Source: an uncultured candidate division Zixibacteria bacterium (GTDB lineage: Bacteria > Zixibacteria > MSB-5A5 > GN15 > PGXB01). Taken from it: DNA of 64,000 nucleotides. Made by a program: the position numbers and the translations under genes. The notes under the pieces are model-generated. The model was not told the DNA's origin and ran no database searches. It saw nothing but the letters and a program-made list of their open reading frames with translations. This document shows positions 20,290 to 28,856 of this stretch, piece by piece; position 1 is the stretch's first letter; every line of letters starts with the position of its first letter. The stretch is from positions 3,872,001 through 3,936,000 of the forward strand of contig OY969724.1 in assembly GCA_963702205.1 (NCBI GenBank), written 5' to 3'.

Positions 20290-20688
20290 TCATTTGGATT
20301 GCTCGGCTCCGCGCCGCTGTTCGCTTTCGTCGATCATTTCGCCCAAATCCGCCGCCGGGCGGATTTCAAACGGTCCGGCCTTGACGCCCGGATGCTTTGA
20401 CATAATCCGTATGGCATGGTTCATATCGTCGGCTTCGAGAATCAGAATGCCGCCGAGCTGTTCTTTGGTTTCGGCGTACGGACCGTCGGTTACCGTCACC
20501 TTTTCGTTCTGCCAGCGCAAAGTCGCGGCATTGCGCGGCCCCTGAAGCGCCTCCCCACCGGCGAAATGTCCGTTCTTACGAAGGACGTCATCGTAAGCAA
20601 AGCACTCATCGACCATTTCGTTGCGCGCCGCTTCGGTCATAGACTCCCATTTATTTTCGGCCATATAGCCAAGGCATATATATTTCAT
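20290..20688 (-). CDS. YciI/DGPF family protein
   Basis: TDGPYAETKEQLGG and EIRP motifs. Confidence 0.9.
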   Translation of the reverse strand: MKYICLGYMAENKWESMTEAARNEMVDECFAYDDVLRKNGHFAGGEALQGPRNAATLRWQNEKVTVTDGPYAETKEQLGGILILEADDMNHAIRIMSKHPGVKAGPFEIRPAADLGEMIDESEQRRGAEQSK

Positions 20689-20718
20689 GGCAGCCTCCTA
20701 ATTTATGTATCCATACGA

Positions 20719-21156
20719 TTAACGTTTTCCAAGTTGTTCATTAACTACGGCATTATCGGCGACTTTTTGTACGTTCTCGGGGAAGTCCGACATCTCGAAA
20801 ATCTGCCGAACTTCGATCACGTCGCCGTCCGCGGCCGGGCATTTACGGGCCCATTCCACGGCTTCTTCTTTCGATTGGACGTTGATCAGCCAGTAACCGC
20901 CGATAATCTCTTTGGCCTCGGTGAACGGACCGTCGGTCACTTGCGGCTTGCCGCCGGAAAATGACACCCGCGCGCCTTTGATATCGGGCTGAAGTCCGTC
21001 GAGCGTAATTAAAGCCCCGGCTTTGGTGAGTTGTTCATTGAATTTCATCATCTTTTCGACCGCATCGGCCGGCGGCGCGAAACCTTCCCCCGCCTTTTCT
21101 TCGGGCGGCGTCCCGGGTTGATAAACCTTCGGGATCATAATCATCATGAATCTCAT
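20719..21156 (-). CDS. YciI/DGPF family protein
   Basis: TDGPFTEAKEIIGGY and IEVRQ motifs. Confidence 0.9.
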   Translation of the reverse strand: MRFMMIMIPKVYQPGTPPEEKAGEGFAPPADAVEKMMKFNEQLTKAGALITLDGLQPDIKGARVSFSGGKPQVTDGPFTEAKEIIGGYWLINVQSKEEAVEWARKCPAADGDVIEVRQIFEMSDFPENVQKVADNAVVNEQLGKR

Positions 21157-21218
21157 TTTATTTCTCCTTCGTTTTTATTTTTCCATTGACGGTGCAAATC
21201 TTATCCGGCGGTTAGCAT

Positions 21219-21554
21219 CTATGGTTCGAAAACCGGGCGGATTTCGATCGTCCCTTCCCGGGCGGCCGGGATCTGTCCGGAAATCGAAATGGCTTCGTCG
21301 AGATTGCCGGCCTCGATCAGAAAATAACCACCGAGCTGTTCATGGGTCTCCGCGAAAGGTCCGTCGGTTACGGTCGGCTTTCCGCTGCGGATGCGCACGC
21401 TGGTCGACGTGGTCACCGGCTGTAAGGCGTCTCCGGCCAGAAACTTGCCTTCGGATTTCAGCCGCTGCGCGAGACGGGCGGTTTCTTCGTAGCCATCGTG
21501 ATCGGAATCGGACCGCGACTTTTCATCCGAGTAAATTAGCAGCATGTACTTCAT
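21219..21554 (-). CDS. YciI/DGPF family protein
   Basis: Start MKYMLLIY follows a GGAGG RBS. TDGPFAETHEQLGGY and IEIRP motifs. Confidence 0.9.
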   Translation of the reverse strand: MKYMLLIYSDEKSRSDSDHDGYEETARLAQRLKSEGKFLAGDALQPVTTSTSVRIRSGKPTVTDGPFAETHEQLGGYFLIEAGNLDEAISISGQIPAAREGTIEIRPVFEP

Positions 21555-21599
21555 TTGGTTTCCTCCAAAATTCCGTTTCAATTATCGTTTCACCCAATA

Positions 21600-21626
21600 G
21601 TCGATCAGATTGGTCCAATATCGACA
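21600..21626 (-). promoter_or_regulatory. ECF42-type promoter driving the YciI x3/VOC genes
   Basis: Minus strand reads TGTCGA-17 nt-CGAC, matching the ECF42 consensus (TGTCGA / CG[A/T]C, recalled from the literature). It lies between the sigma stop and the first YciI gene. Confidence 0.7.
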
Positions 21627-21635
21627 AAAATTTCT

Positions 21636-22889
21636 TTATAAAGCCAATTCTTTTAATCGCCGCTCCAAAAAACGCCGTTCCGGCTCCTGTTTGGCGAGAG
21701 TGATGGCGCGCTCATACGATATTCGGGCGTCTTCGTCCTTTCCCTGCCTGCGACAAAGATCGGCCCGTGCCGCGTGGGCCAGGTGATAGTCTTTCAAGTC
21801 CCCGCGTGCCAGGATGTTATCTATCAGCTTCAGGCCCGCCTCGGGACCGTCGCGCATAGCCACCGCCACCGCCCGGTTGAGTCCGATCACGGGCGACGGT
21901 TCCATGCGCAACAGATCATCATATAAGCCGACGATTTTCGCCCAGTCGGTATCTTCGGAACTGACCGCTTCGGCATGGACCGATGCAATGGCCGCCTGAA
22001 GAGTATAAGAACCGAAATGGCTGGAAGACAGCGCCCGATTTACAAGGGCCGTCCCTTCCGATATATATTTCTTGTTCCAGAGCGTACGGTCCTGATCTTC
22101 GAGAAGGATCAAATCGCCCGAGGGCGACGTCCTGGCGGTGCGGCGCGATTCCTGAAGCAGCATAAGCGCCAGCAGACCCATGACCTCCGGTTCGGGCAGA
22201 AGTTCCAGGATCAGCCGTCCCAGCCGAACGGCCTCTTCCGAAAGATCGGCCCTGGTTAACGCCGCGCCCGAAGAAGCGGAATAACCTTCGTTAAAGACCA
22301 GGTAGGTCACTTTAAGGACAGCGTCCAAGCGCGCCGGAAGTTCGGGCGGTAATGGTACCTGATACGGAATACGCGCGTCGCGGATTTTCGCTTTGGCCCG
22401 TACTATTCGCTGAGCCAACGCCGACGGCGTCATAAGAAAAGCGTGGGCGATTTCTTCGGTCGTCAGGCCGCACACTTCTCTCAAAGTAAGTGCGATCCGG
22501 GCCTCCGGTGCCAAAGCCGGGTGACAGCAGGTGAATATCAGCCTCAGCCGGTCGTCTTCGATGCTTTCGTCGTCGGGAAACGTTGAACCCTCCATGTCGG
22601 AGATCATCTGTTCGGCCAGTTCCTCCTGAGAGGCATCGAACCGCGCGCGGCGCCGGAGTGCGTCGATCGCTTTAAAGCGACCGGTCGATATCAGCCAAGC
22701 CCGGGGATTGGCGGGGATACCGCCCGTGGGCCATTTTTCGAGAGCGGCCCGAAATGATTCGTGCAGGGCGTCCTCGGCCAGATCAAAATCGCCCAGGAGG
22801 CGAATCAATGTAGCGAGGATGCGCCGCGATTCCAGCCGGTAAAAAGATTCGACCTGCTCGCGCACATTGTTGATTGTTTTTCCTGTCAT
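21636..22889 (-). CDS. ECF42-type RNA polymerase sigma factor with TPR-like C-terminal extension
   Basis: DFDLAEDAL, PRAWL, DDRLRLIFTCCHPAL, YLVFNEGY and LNRAVA motifs, next to DGPF proteins. Confidence 0.92.
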   Translation of the reverse strand: MTGKTINNVREQVESFYRLESRRILATLIRLLGDFDLAEDALHESFRAALEKWPTGGIPANPRAWLISTGRFKAIDALRRRARFDASQEELAEQMISDMEGSTFPDDESIEDDRLRLIFTCCHPALAPEARIALTLREVCGLTTEEIAHAFLMTPSALAQRIVRAKAKIRDARIPYQVPLPPELPARLDAVLKVTYLVFNEGYSASSGAALTRADLSEEAVRLGRLILELLPEPEVMGLLALMLLQESRRTARTSPSGDLILLEDQDRTLWNKKYISEGTALVNRALSSSHFGSYTLQAAIASVHAEAVSSEDTDWAKIVGLYDDLLRMEPSPVIGLNRAVAVAMRDGPEAGLKLIDNILARGDLKDYHLAHAARADLCRRQGKDEDARISYERAITLAKQEPERRFLERRLKELAL

Positions 22890-23054
22890 ACAATATATAA
22901 CCCGGATTCTGCCGAGTTTGATTCGGAAAAAATACGCGTCTTGGCTGCCTGGGGTTTGATTTCAAACAGGCTAAAGCAGAGGATTAGCGACAGTTCGGAA
23001 CACATCAATCGAAATTGGCGTTCGATACTCCATACATTCACGAAAGGAAATCCA

Positions 23055-23705
23055 ATGGGTACAAAAATAGGAATCCTCGGTTCAGGGATGGTCGGGCAGG
23101 CACTGGCGATTGGTTTTATCACACACGGGTACGACGTCATGATCGGCACCGGCAGCGAAGACAAATATGCAGAGCTCAAAGAGAAAACCTCCGGCAAAGC
23201 AAAAATCGGCACATTCGAAGAAACCGCCGTCTTCGGTGAACTTCTGGTACTGTCGGTAAAGGGCGTTGGGGCCGAGGAAGTCATGCAGTCAGCCGGTATC
23301 TCGAACTTCAAAGGAAAGACCATAATCGACACGACCAACCCGATCGCGGAAACCCCGCCGGTCAATGGTGTCTTACAATATTTCACGTCGCCGAACGCCT
23401 CACTTATGGAGAAGCTTCAAAACCTGGCTCCCGACGCACATTTTGTCAAAGCTTTCAGCAGTATCGGCAGCGCCCACATGGTCAATCCCGATTTCGGCGG
23501 GATCAAACCGACCATGTTCATCTGCGGCAACGACGAGCAGGCCAAAAGCGACGTCGAGAAAATACTCGGCCAGTTCGGCTGGGAATATGCCAACATGGGC
23601 ACGGCCGAGGCGGCGCGTGCCATCGAGCCGCTGGCCATGCTCTGGTGCATCCCCGGAATTACGCACAATGAATGGAATCACGCCTTCAAATTGCTGAAGA
23701 AATAA
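23055..23705 (+). CDS. NADPH-dependent F420 reductase-like / NADP oxidoreductase (COG2085 type)
   Basis: Start MGTKIGILGSGMVG follows an AAGGA RBS. IDTTNP, VKAF and AIEPL motifs. Confidence 0.85.
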   Translation: MGTKIGILGSGMVGQALAIGFITHGYDVMIGTGSEDKYAELKEKTSGKAKIGTFEETAVFGELLVLSVKGVGAEEVMQSAGISNFKGKTIIDTTNPIAETPPVNGVLQYFTSPNASLMEKLQNLAPDAHFVKAFSSIGSAHMVNPDFGGIKPTMFICGNDEQAKSDVEKILGQFGWEYANMGTAEAARAIEPLAMLWCIPGITHNEWNHAFKLLKK

Positions 23706-23776
23706 ATGTAATGAGGCAAAGTCGTACGTACGGTGTACCATATGAATAAGATAAATATTTTTGCAAGGAGATAGAA

Positions 23777-24781
23777 ATGATCCAAAGAAAACTCGGACGG
23801 ACCAACGGGGTTGATGTTTCGGCCATCGGCCTGGGGTGCATGGGTATGTCACCCGATTTTTACGGACCGACCGATGATGAAGTCGGGATCGCTACTATCA
23901 AGGCCGCCGTCGACGCCTCAATTACGCTACTGGACACCGGCGAATACTACGGGATGGGCCATAACGAAATGTTGATCGGCAAGGCTCTCAAAGATATACC
24001 CCGGGATAGGGTTGTCATAAGCGTCAAATTCGGCGCTCAACGTGACCCCGCTGGAAACTGGCTGGGCTATGACTGCCGCCCCAATGCAGTGAAGAACTCG
24101 CTGGCGCACACGCTGCGACGTCTCAACACCGATTATATTGATATTTACCGGCCGGGACGGCTCGATCCGTCGGTGCCGATCGAGGAGACAATCGGAGCCA
24201 TTGGCGAAATGATAAAGGCCGGATATGTACGGTATGTTGGCCTCTCCGAAGTTGGCAGCGAAACCATCCACCGTGCTCACAAAGTGCATCCCGTCACCGA
24301 CCTTCAGATAGAATATTCGCTGATTTCGCGCGGCATAGAAAAAGATATTCTCCCCACCTGCCGCGAGCTTGGTATCGGCATCACGGCTTACGGTGTACTT
24401 TCAAGGGGTCTTATTAGCGGACACTGGTCAAAGACCCGCCAGACCGGACCGAAAGATTTTCGGGCCCACGGTCCCCGTTTTACGGCAGAAAATCTGGATC
24501 AAAACCTCGCGCTGGTGGAAGCCCTGCGCAAAATCGCCGATGACAAAGGCTGCACGGTAGCACAGACAGCCATCGCCTGGGTGCTTTCACGAGGCGAAGA
24601 TATTGTTCCTTTAGTCGGTTCCCGCAAAAGGGAACAGTTTTCTGAATCATTAAAGGCGCTCGACGTCGTCTTAGCGCCGGAGGATTTGGCAAACATCGAA
24701 AAGGCCATTCCTGCTGATGCCGCCGCCGGGGACAGATACCCGGCCTACGCCATGAGCTCCCTCGACAGCGAGACTAAGTAA
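23777..24781 (+). CDS. Aldo/keto reductase
   Basis: IGLGCMGMS, LDTGEYYG, LRRLNTDYIDIY, VGLSE and QIEYSL motifs. Confidence 0.92.
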   Translation: MIQRKLGRTNGVDVSAIGLGCMGMSPDFYGPTDDEVGIATIKAAVDASITLLDTGEYYGMGHNEMLIGKALKDIPRDRVVISVKFGAQRDPAGNWLGYDCRPNAVKNSLAHTLRRLNTDYIDIYRPGRLDPSVPIEETIGAIGEMIKAGYVRYVGLSEVGSETIHRAHKVHPVTDLQIEYSLISRGIEKDILPTCRELGIGITAYGVLSRGLISGHWSKTRQTGPKDFRAHGPRFTAENLDQNLALVEALRKIADDKGCTVAQTAIAWVLSRGEDIVPLVGSRKREQFSESLKALDVVLAPEDLANIEKAIPADAAAGDRYPAYAMSSLDSETK

Positions 24782-24853
24782 CGTTCCACCCGGCGTTTCC
24801 ATCATATCCATGTTTGACAGGAATTCCCACTATCAGGAGTTTAGCATCGAATT

Positions 24854-26104
24854 CTATCTAAACACTTCCACTCCCCGTGCTTCCAGAGCCGGGATAAACT
24901 GCTCAGTACTTTCCTGTGACAGGGGATTGCCGTCAAGATGAACAATATCTCCGGTGGCCAGGCCGGTATTGTCAACCAGCGGTTGTATATCTGAAATTCC
25001 GTTTTCTCCCAAAAAAAGCGATTGCAGATTAGTCAACCCTGCCAGCGGGCTAATATCCGTAATTTCATTGATCTGCAAATCGAGCCCGACCAATTCGACA
25101 AGACCGCTTAGCGGAGTTATTGAATTTATATGATTGCTGCCCAAATTACAAATTCTCAAATGTACCAGATTGCTTATAAAGCTGATATCGGTCAAATTTA
25201 GAATCCCAAAATGAATATCATCCAGATGCTCCAATTCATAAAGTGGCGAAAAGTCGGTTACACCTGTTGCATACATAAAAAGCTGTTGCAACGCCGGCAG
25301 TTGAGCCAGGGGACCGATGTCCACTATGGGATTCTGGCTGATATGTAATTGGTGCAAATTGTTTAAACCGGCCAATGGCGAGAGATCAGTTATACTGTTG
25401 TCGGTAAGTTCCAATCCCCAGACGTAAGTGGCATAAGCCAGGGGGCTGATGTCGGTAATTTCGTTACCGGGCAAAACAGCACTCCTCAGTGAAACACAAT
25501 ACTCGAGCCCGGTGAGGTTTTTCACACCTTCCCACGGCGCCGATATAATTGATAAAGTATCAATTTCGCACGATAGAATCGGTCCGTCCGGCTTGTTTAT
25601 TTGTTCGCGAATCACGCGCTCAAGGACTGTATCGACAATCGTCACCTCCTGTATGGCAGGGCAATGAACCGAGCTGCAATTCGAAATTCCGCTCCAGTTA
25701 CCTTTGTCATCCTGTGACTTAATGGCGAAATAATAAATACTGTCCGCTTCCAGATTACCGATTTCGCACATTTGCATGATCCCGGCAGGTGCCGGTACCA
25801 AGTTGGAATTGGCACTTACGGCCTGGGAAAAATTTTCTTCGGATATCACATTATATGACTGGCGCAGGTCATATTTATCGACAAAACCATGTGTTTGGTC
25901 GTTGCGATGGTCGTACGGAGCTGTCCACTGAAGTACGACCGCGTGAGTAGTACTTGTTGAGACAACTAAATCAATAATGATGTCCGGAGGTGTGGTGTCG
26001 GACTCGGCGGCGTCGCCGGTAGGCGATTTCGCACATTGATTGAGCAAAAGCACCGTTGTGACTATAATAAGAGCCCAATATGACGGATAATGAGAACCTG
26101 ACAT
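24854..26104 (-). CDS. Putative lipoprotein with an FN3 domain and internalin-type leucine-rich repeats
   Basis: Hydrophobic leader ending LLNQC, FN3-like segment (LQWTAP..YYFAIKS.D..GNWS), repeated NxIxDIxPLxxL. Confidence 0.8.
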   Translation of the reverse strand: MSGSHYPSYWALIIVTTVLLLNQCAKSPTGDAAESDTTPPDIIIDLVVSTSTTHAVVLQWTAPYDHRNDQTHGFVDKYDLRQSYNVISEENFSQAVSANSNLVPAPAGIMQMCEIGNLEADSIYYFAIKSQDDKGNWSGISNCSSVHCPAIQEVTIVDTVLERVIREQINKPDGPILSCEIDTLSIISAPWEGVKNLTGLEYCVSLRSAVLPGNEITDISPLAYATYVWGLELTDNSITDLSPLAGLNNLHQLHISQNPIVDIGPLAQLPALQQLFMYATGVTDFSPLYELEHLDDIHFGILNLTDISFISNLVHLRICNLGSNHINSITPLSGLVELVGLDLQINEITDISPLAGLTNLQSLFLGENGISDIQPLVDNTGLATGDIVHLDGNPLSQESTEQFIPALEARGVEVFR

Positions 26105-26530
26105 ATATTCCTTCCATTTCGCTTTAACGAGCGTCATCTTTTAATCGTACTATTGTCGGGAAATAATTTCTGCGACACATCGGTCGAGTTGCGGCTCTTA
26201 CACTTCGCGGCTCAACCGCTGGTCGACACCGCAACATCTTCAACCGATGTTTGCGGATGATTACTGATCTGACGGACTCTCCAAAAGGAAATTTCACTTG
26301 AGCGGCCTTTCTTAGCGCCATCGGCATCACATTACTTTTTTTTCTCTGCCCTGGCGATCAACATAGTTCCTGAATAAAGATATTCAGCCTTTTTGAAACT
26401 GTCAATTCGTATTTCTTTGGCCCGTCAGAAAGGCATAATTCAGAGGCCGAAAGGCCTTGAAAATAACCGTCGCTATGATTATAATCATATAACATTGCGT
26501 AACTTATATGGAAAGAAACGCGCGGAGTAT

Positions 26531-27892
26531 ATGAACGACAGTGACGAAAACCTTAAATTCTTCAAAGTTATTTTGAGTTCCATCGCCGACGGTGTTTTTA
26601 CGGTCGACAGTAACCGGACTATCACCAGTTTTAACCGCGCCGCGGAAAAGATCACCGGAGTTCCGGCCAGTAAAGCCATCGGGCGCTCGTGCTCCGATGT
26701 GTTTCATTCCGACATCTGCGCGAACTGCCTGCTGCAGAAGACTCTGAAGACCGGCAATCAATCCATCGACCGGCCGGTCAATATCATCAATGCCGGGGGA
26801 GAAAAAATCCCGATCAGCATTTCCACCGCCATTCTTCGCGACGACAACGGCAATATCCTGGGAGCGGTTGAAACCTTCCGTGACCTCTCGGCACTGGAGC
26901 AGCTGCGCAAGGAACTCACCAGCAAATATTCGCTCGAAGACATCATCTCCAAGAGCCCGGAAATACACAAGCTGTTCGAAATCATGCCCGACATCGCCGA
27001 ATCCGAAAGCACCGTGCTGATTCAGGGACCGTCGGGCTCCGGCAAAGAGCTGTTCGCGCGGGCCATACACAATCTGAGTCCCCGCAAAAACCGGCCGCAC
27101 GTGGTCATCAACTGCGGGACGCTCCCAGCCCAGCTTTTCGAATCGGAACTGTTCGGATATGTCAAGGGAGCCTTCACCGACGCCAAGCAGGATAAAAAAG
27201 GCAAGCTGGCGGCAGCCGAGACTGGAACGTTATTCTTCGATGAAATCGGTGAGTTGCCGATATCCACTCAGGTCAAGTTGTTGCGGCTGTTACAGGAGCG
27301 CGAGTACGAGCCGCTCGGTTCGACCAGGCCGGTCAGGGCCGACATCCGGGTCGTGGCCGCGACCAACCGGGACTTAAAACAGCTCGTGGCCCAGGCCAAA
27401 TTCCGCGATGATCTCTATTTCCGGCTGGCCGTGGTCAAGTTCGAGCTTCCCCCGCTCTGCAAACGTCGCGAAGACATTCCCTATCTGGTCGATCATTTCA
27501 TCAAGAAATTCAATGCCCGGACCGGTAAAAGAATAATGAGCGTCAGCCCCGAGGTGATGCACATCCTGATGCGCCACGACTTCCCGGGAAACATCCGTGA
27601 GCTCGAAAATATCATCGAGTACGGTTTTGTTTTGTGCCGGGGAAGTATCATTCAAGTCGAGCAACTTCCGACCGAACTGGCTCAGAGCGGTATCGAGGCG
27701 GGCTCAACAGACCGGCCTGCCCTGACTCCGATTTCACACGCAATGGATGAATATAATCTTCTTATCACGGTTCTGGGTCACAACCACGGTAATATGTCGA
27801 AAGCCGCTTCGGAACTGGGTATGCATCGGACAACCCTCTGGCGAAAACTCAAAAAATACAATATCGATCCCGAAAATATTCCCGACCATTAG
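26531..27892 (+). CDS. Sigma54-dependent enhancer-binding activator (PAS-AAA+-Fis HTH)
   Basis: GPSGSGKE, ESELFGY..GAFTDA, FFDEIGE, FRDDLYFRL, FPGNIREL and a C-terminal HTH. Likely start ATG 26531 after GGAG. Confidence 0.93.
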   Translation: MNDSDENLKFFKVILSSIADGVFTVDSNRTITSFNRAAEKITGVPASKAIGRSCSDVFHSDICANCLLQKTLKTGNQSIDRPVNIINAGGEKIPISISTAILRDDNGNILGAVETFRDLSALEQLRKELTSKYSLEDIISKSPEIHKLFEIMPDIAESESTVLIQGPSGSGKELFARAIHNLSPRKNRPHVVINCGTLPAQLFESELFGYVKGAFTDAKQDKKGKLAAAETGTLFFDEIGELPISTQVKLLRLLQEREYEPLGSTRPVRADIRVVAATNRDLKQLVAQAKFRDDLYFRLAVVKFELPPLCKRREDIPYLVDHFIKKFNARTGKRIMSVSPEVMHILMRHDFPGNIRELENIIEYGFVLCRGSIIQVEQLPTELAQSGIEAGSTDRPALTPISHAMDEYNLLITVLGHNHGNMSKAASELGMHRTTLWRKLKKYNIDPENIPDH

Positions 27893-27964
27893 TGTTGCAT
27901 CCGACACAAATTGCAACATAATATTCGTTGCACCTCAACAACAACGTTGCATTATACGCAACGT
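27893..27964. promoter_or_regulatory. Putative upstream activator (enhancer) sites
   Basis: TGTTGCA-N12-TGCAACA (27893-27918), an extra CGTTGCA (27926-27932) and ACGTTGC-N7-GCAACGT (27944-27964), upstream of a sigma54 promoter. Confidence 0.65.
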
Positions 27965-27996
27965 ATAAAATCTAACATATATCACATCTTATTATA

Positions 27997-28009
27997 TATC
28001 AATGTCTTA
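27997..28009 (+). promoter_or_regulatory. IHF-type binding site
   Basis: TATCAATGTCTTA matches WATCAANNNNTTR exactly and lies between the enhancer and the -24/-12 promoter. Confidence 0.65.
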
Positions 28010-28026
28010 CTGATAAGCCAAAATCA

Positions 28027-28042
28027 TGGCACGTTAGATGCT
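28027..28042 (+). promoter_or_regulatory. Sigma54 (-24/-12) promoter of the Hmc-like operon
   Basis: TGGCACGTTAGATGCT has GG-N10-GC spacing and sits directly downstream of the activator gene. Confidence 0.8.
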
Positions 28043-28057
28043 TATTGATGCATCGAT

Positions 28058-28819
28058 ATGTGCAACAAAATTCTTATACCTGACTTAAACGGCAACATCG
28101 CTCCCTGCTTTGAAGCCGCCACGAAATTCCTGTTGGTAGACATCAAAGGCGGAAAATCTATATCGCACAAAAAGATTACCTGTACCGGTGAAGGTGGTTT
28201 TCGCCGAATTCGCCTGATCCGCCTCCATGACGTCGACACACTCATCTGCAGCGGTATCGGCGGCTTTTACCGGGACCTGCTCAACAATATGCATATCGAA
28301 TTGATTTCCGATGTAAGCATGAAAATGGATGAAGCGATTGAGGGCTATCTCGATGGGCGGATCAAGCCCGATCAAAACCGTCGCGATAACGGCCGACGGC
28401 TGCATCACACCGCGTTAAGCGATTTGGTCAACTGGACCAGAACATTTTTCGAAAGGCGCGGGTTTATGGTCAGTCAGGGGCCGGGGCAGGATTCTTTTTT
28501 GATCGACCTCGTTGCGGAAAGACTTTGTCCTGTATGCGGGAAATCCATAAAGATCGCCGTCTGCTGCGGCGCGCACACATACCGCATGGATCAGGAAATC
28601 AGGGAATTTCATTTCTGCGCCAAAAATGATTATAACGCCAAAGTATACGTCTGCCCCGAGAACGAATCCGCGGCCGAACGCTGCCGTGAATACAATATCG
28701 AATACATGAAATACAATCCCGAGCTGCAGGACGAAATTAAGAGCCAGTATTCAACCGCGCCGATCCTGCACTTTCCCATTTCCGGGCACGAAAGACTGAA
28801 CGTGCAGAGAGACATTTAA
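28058..28819 (+). CDS. NifB/NifX-like (dinitrogenase FeMo-cofactor family) domain fused to a Cys-rich C-terminal domain
   Basis: N-terminal IAPCFEAA.KFLLVDI..DVDTLICSGIG..IELI..AIEGYLDG pattern. The C-terminal part has CPVC, VCCG and further Cys/His. Confidence 0.7.
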   Translation: MCNKILIPDLNGNIAPCFEAATKFLLVDIKGGKSISHKKITCTGEGGFRRIRLIRLHDVDTLICSGIGGFYRDLLNNMHIELISDVSMKMDEAIEGYLDGRIKPDQNRRDNGRRLHHTALSDLVNWTRTFFERRGFMVSQGPGQDSFLIDLVAERLCPVCGKSIKIAVCCGAHTYRMDQEIREFHFCAKNDYNAKVYVCPENESAAERCREYNIEYMKYNPELQDEIKSQYSTAPILHFPISGHERLNVQRDI

Positions 28820-28856
28820 ACGAATGACAACAATTAAGAAATACAACGGAGAATAA

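Noticed and set aside
22761..23054. N-terminal extension of the 314-aa ORF (likewise those starting at 8416, 12740, 14476, 26393, 31703, 33606)
   Set aside because: They overlap neighbouring genes or lack family similarity, and downstream ATGs with RBS or stop-start coupling are better starts.
28058..28819. Nitrogen fixation inferred from the NifX-like domain
   Set aside because: No nifHDK/ENB genes are present, and this domain family is common in non-diazotrophs.
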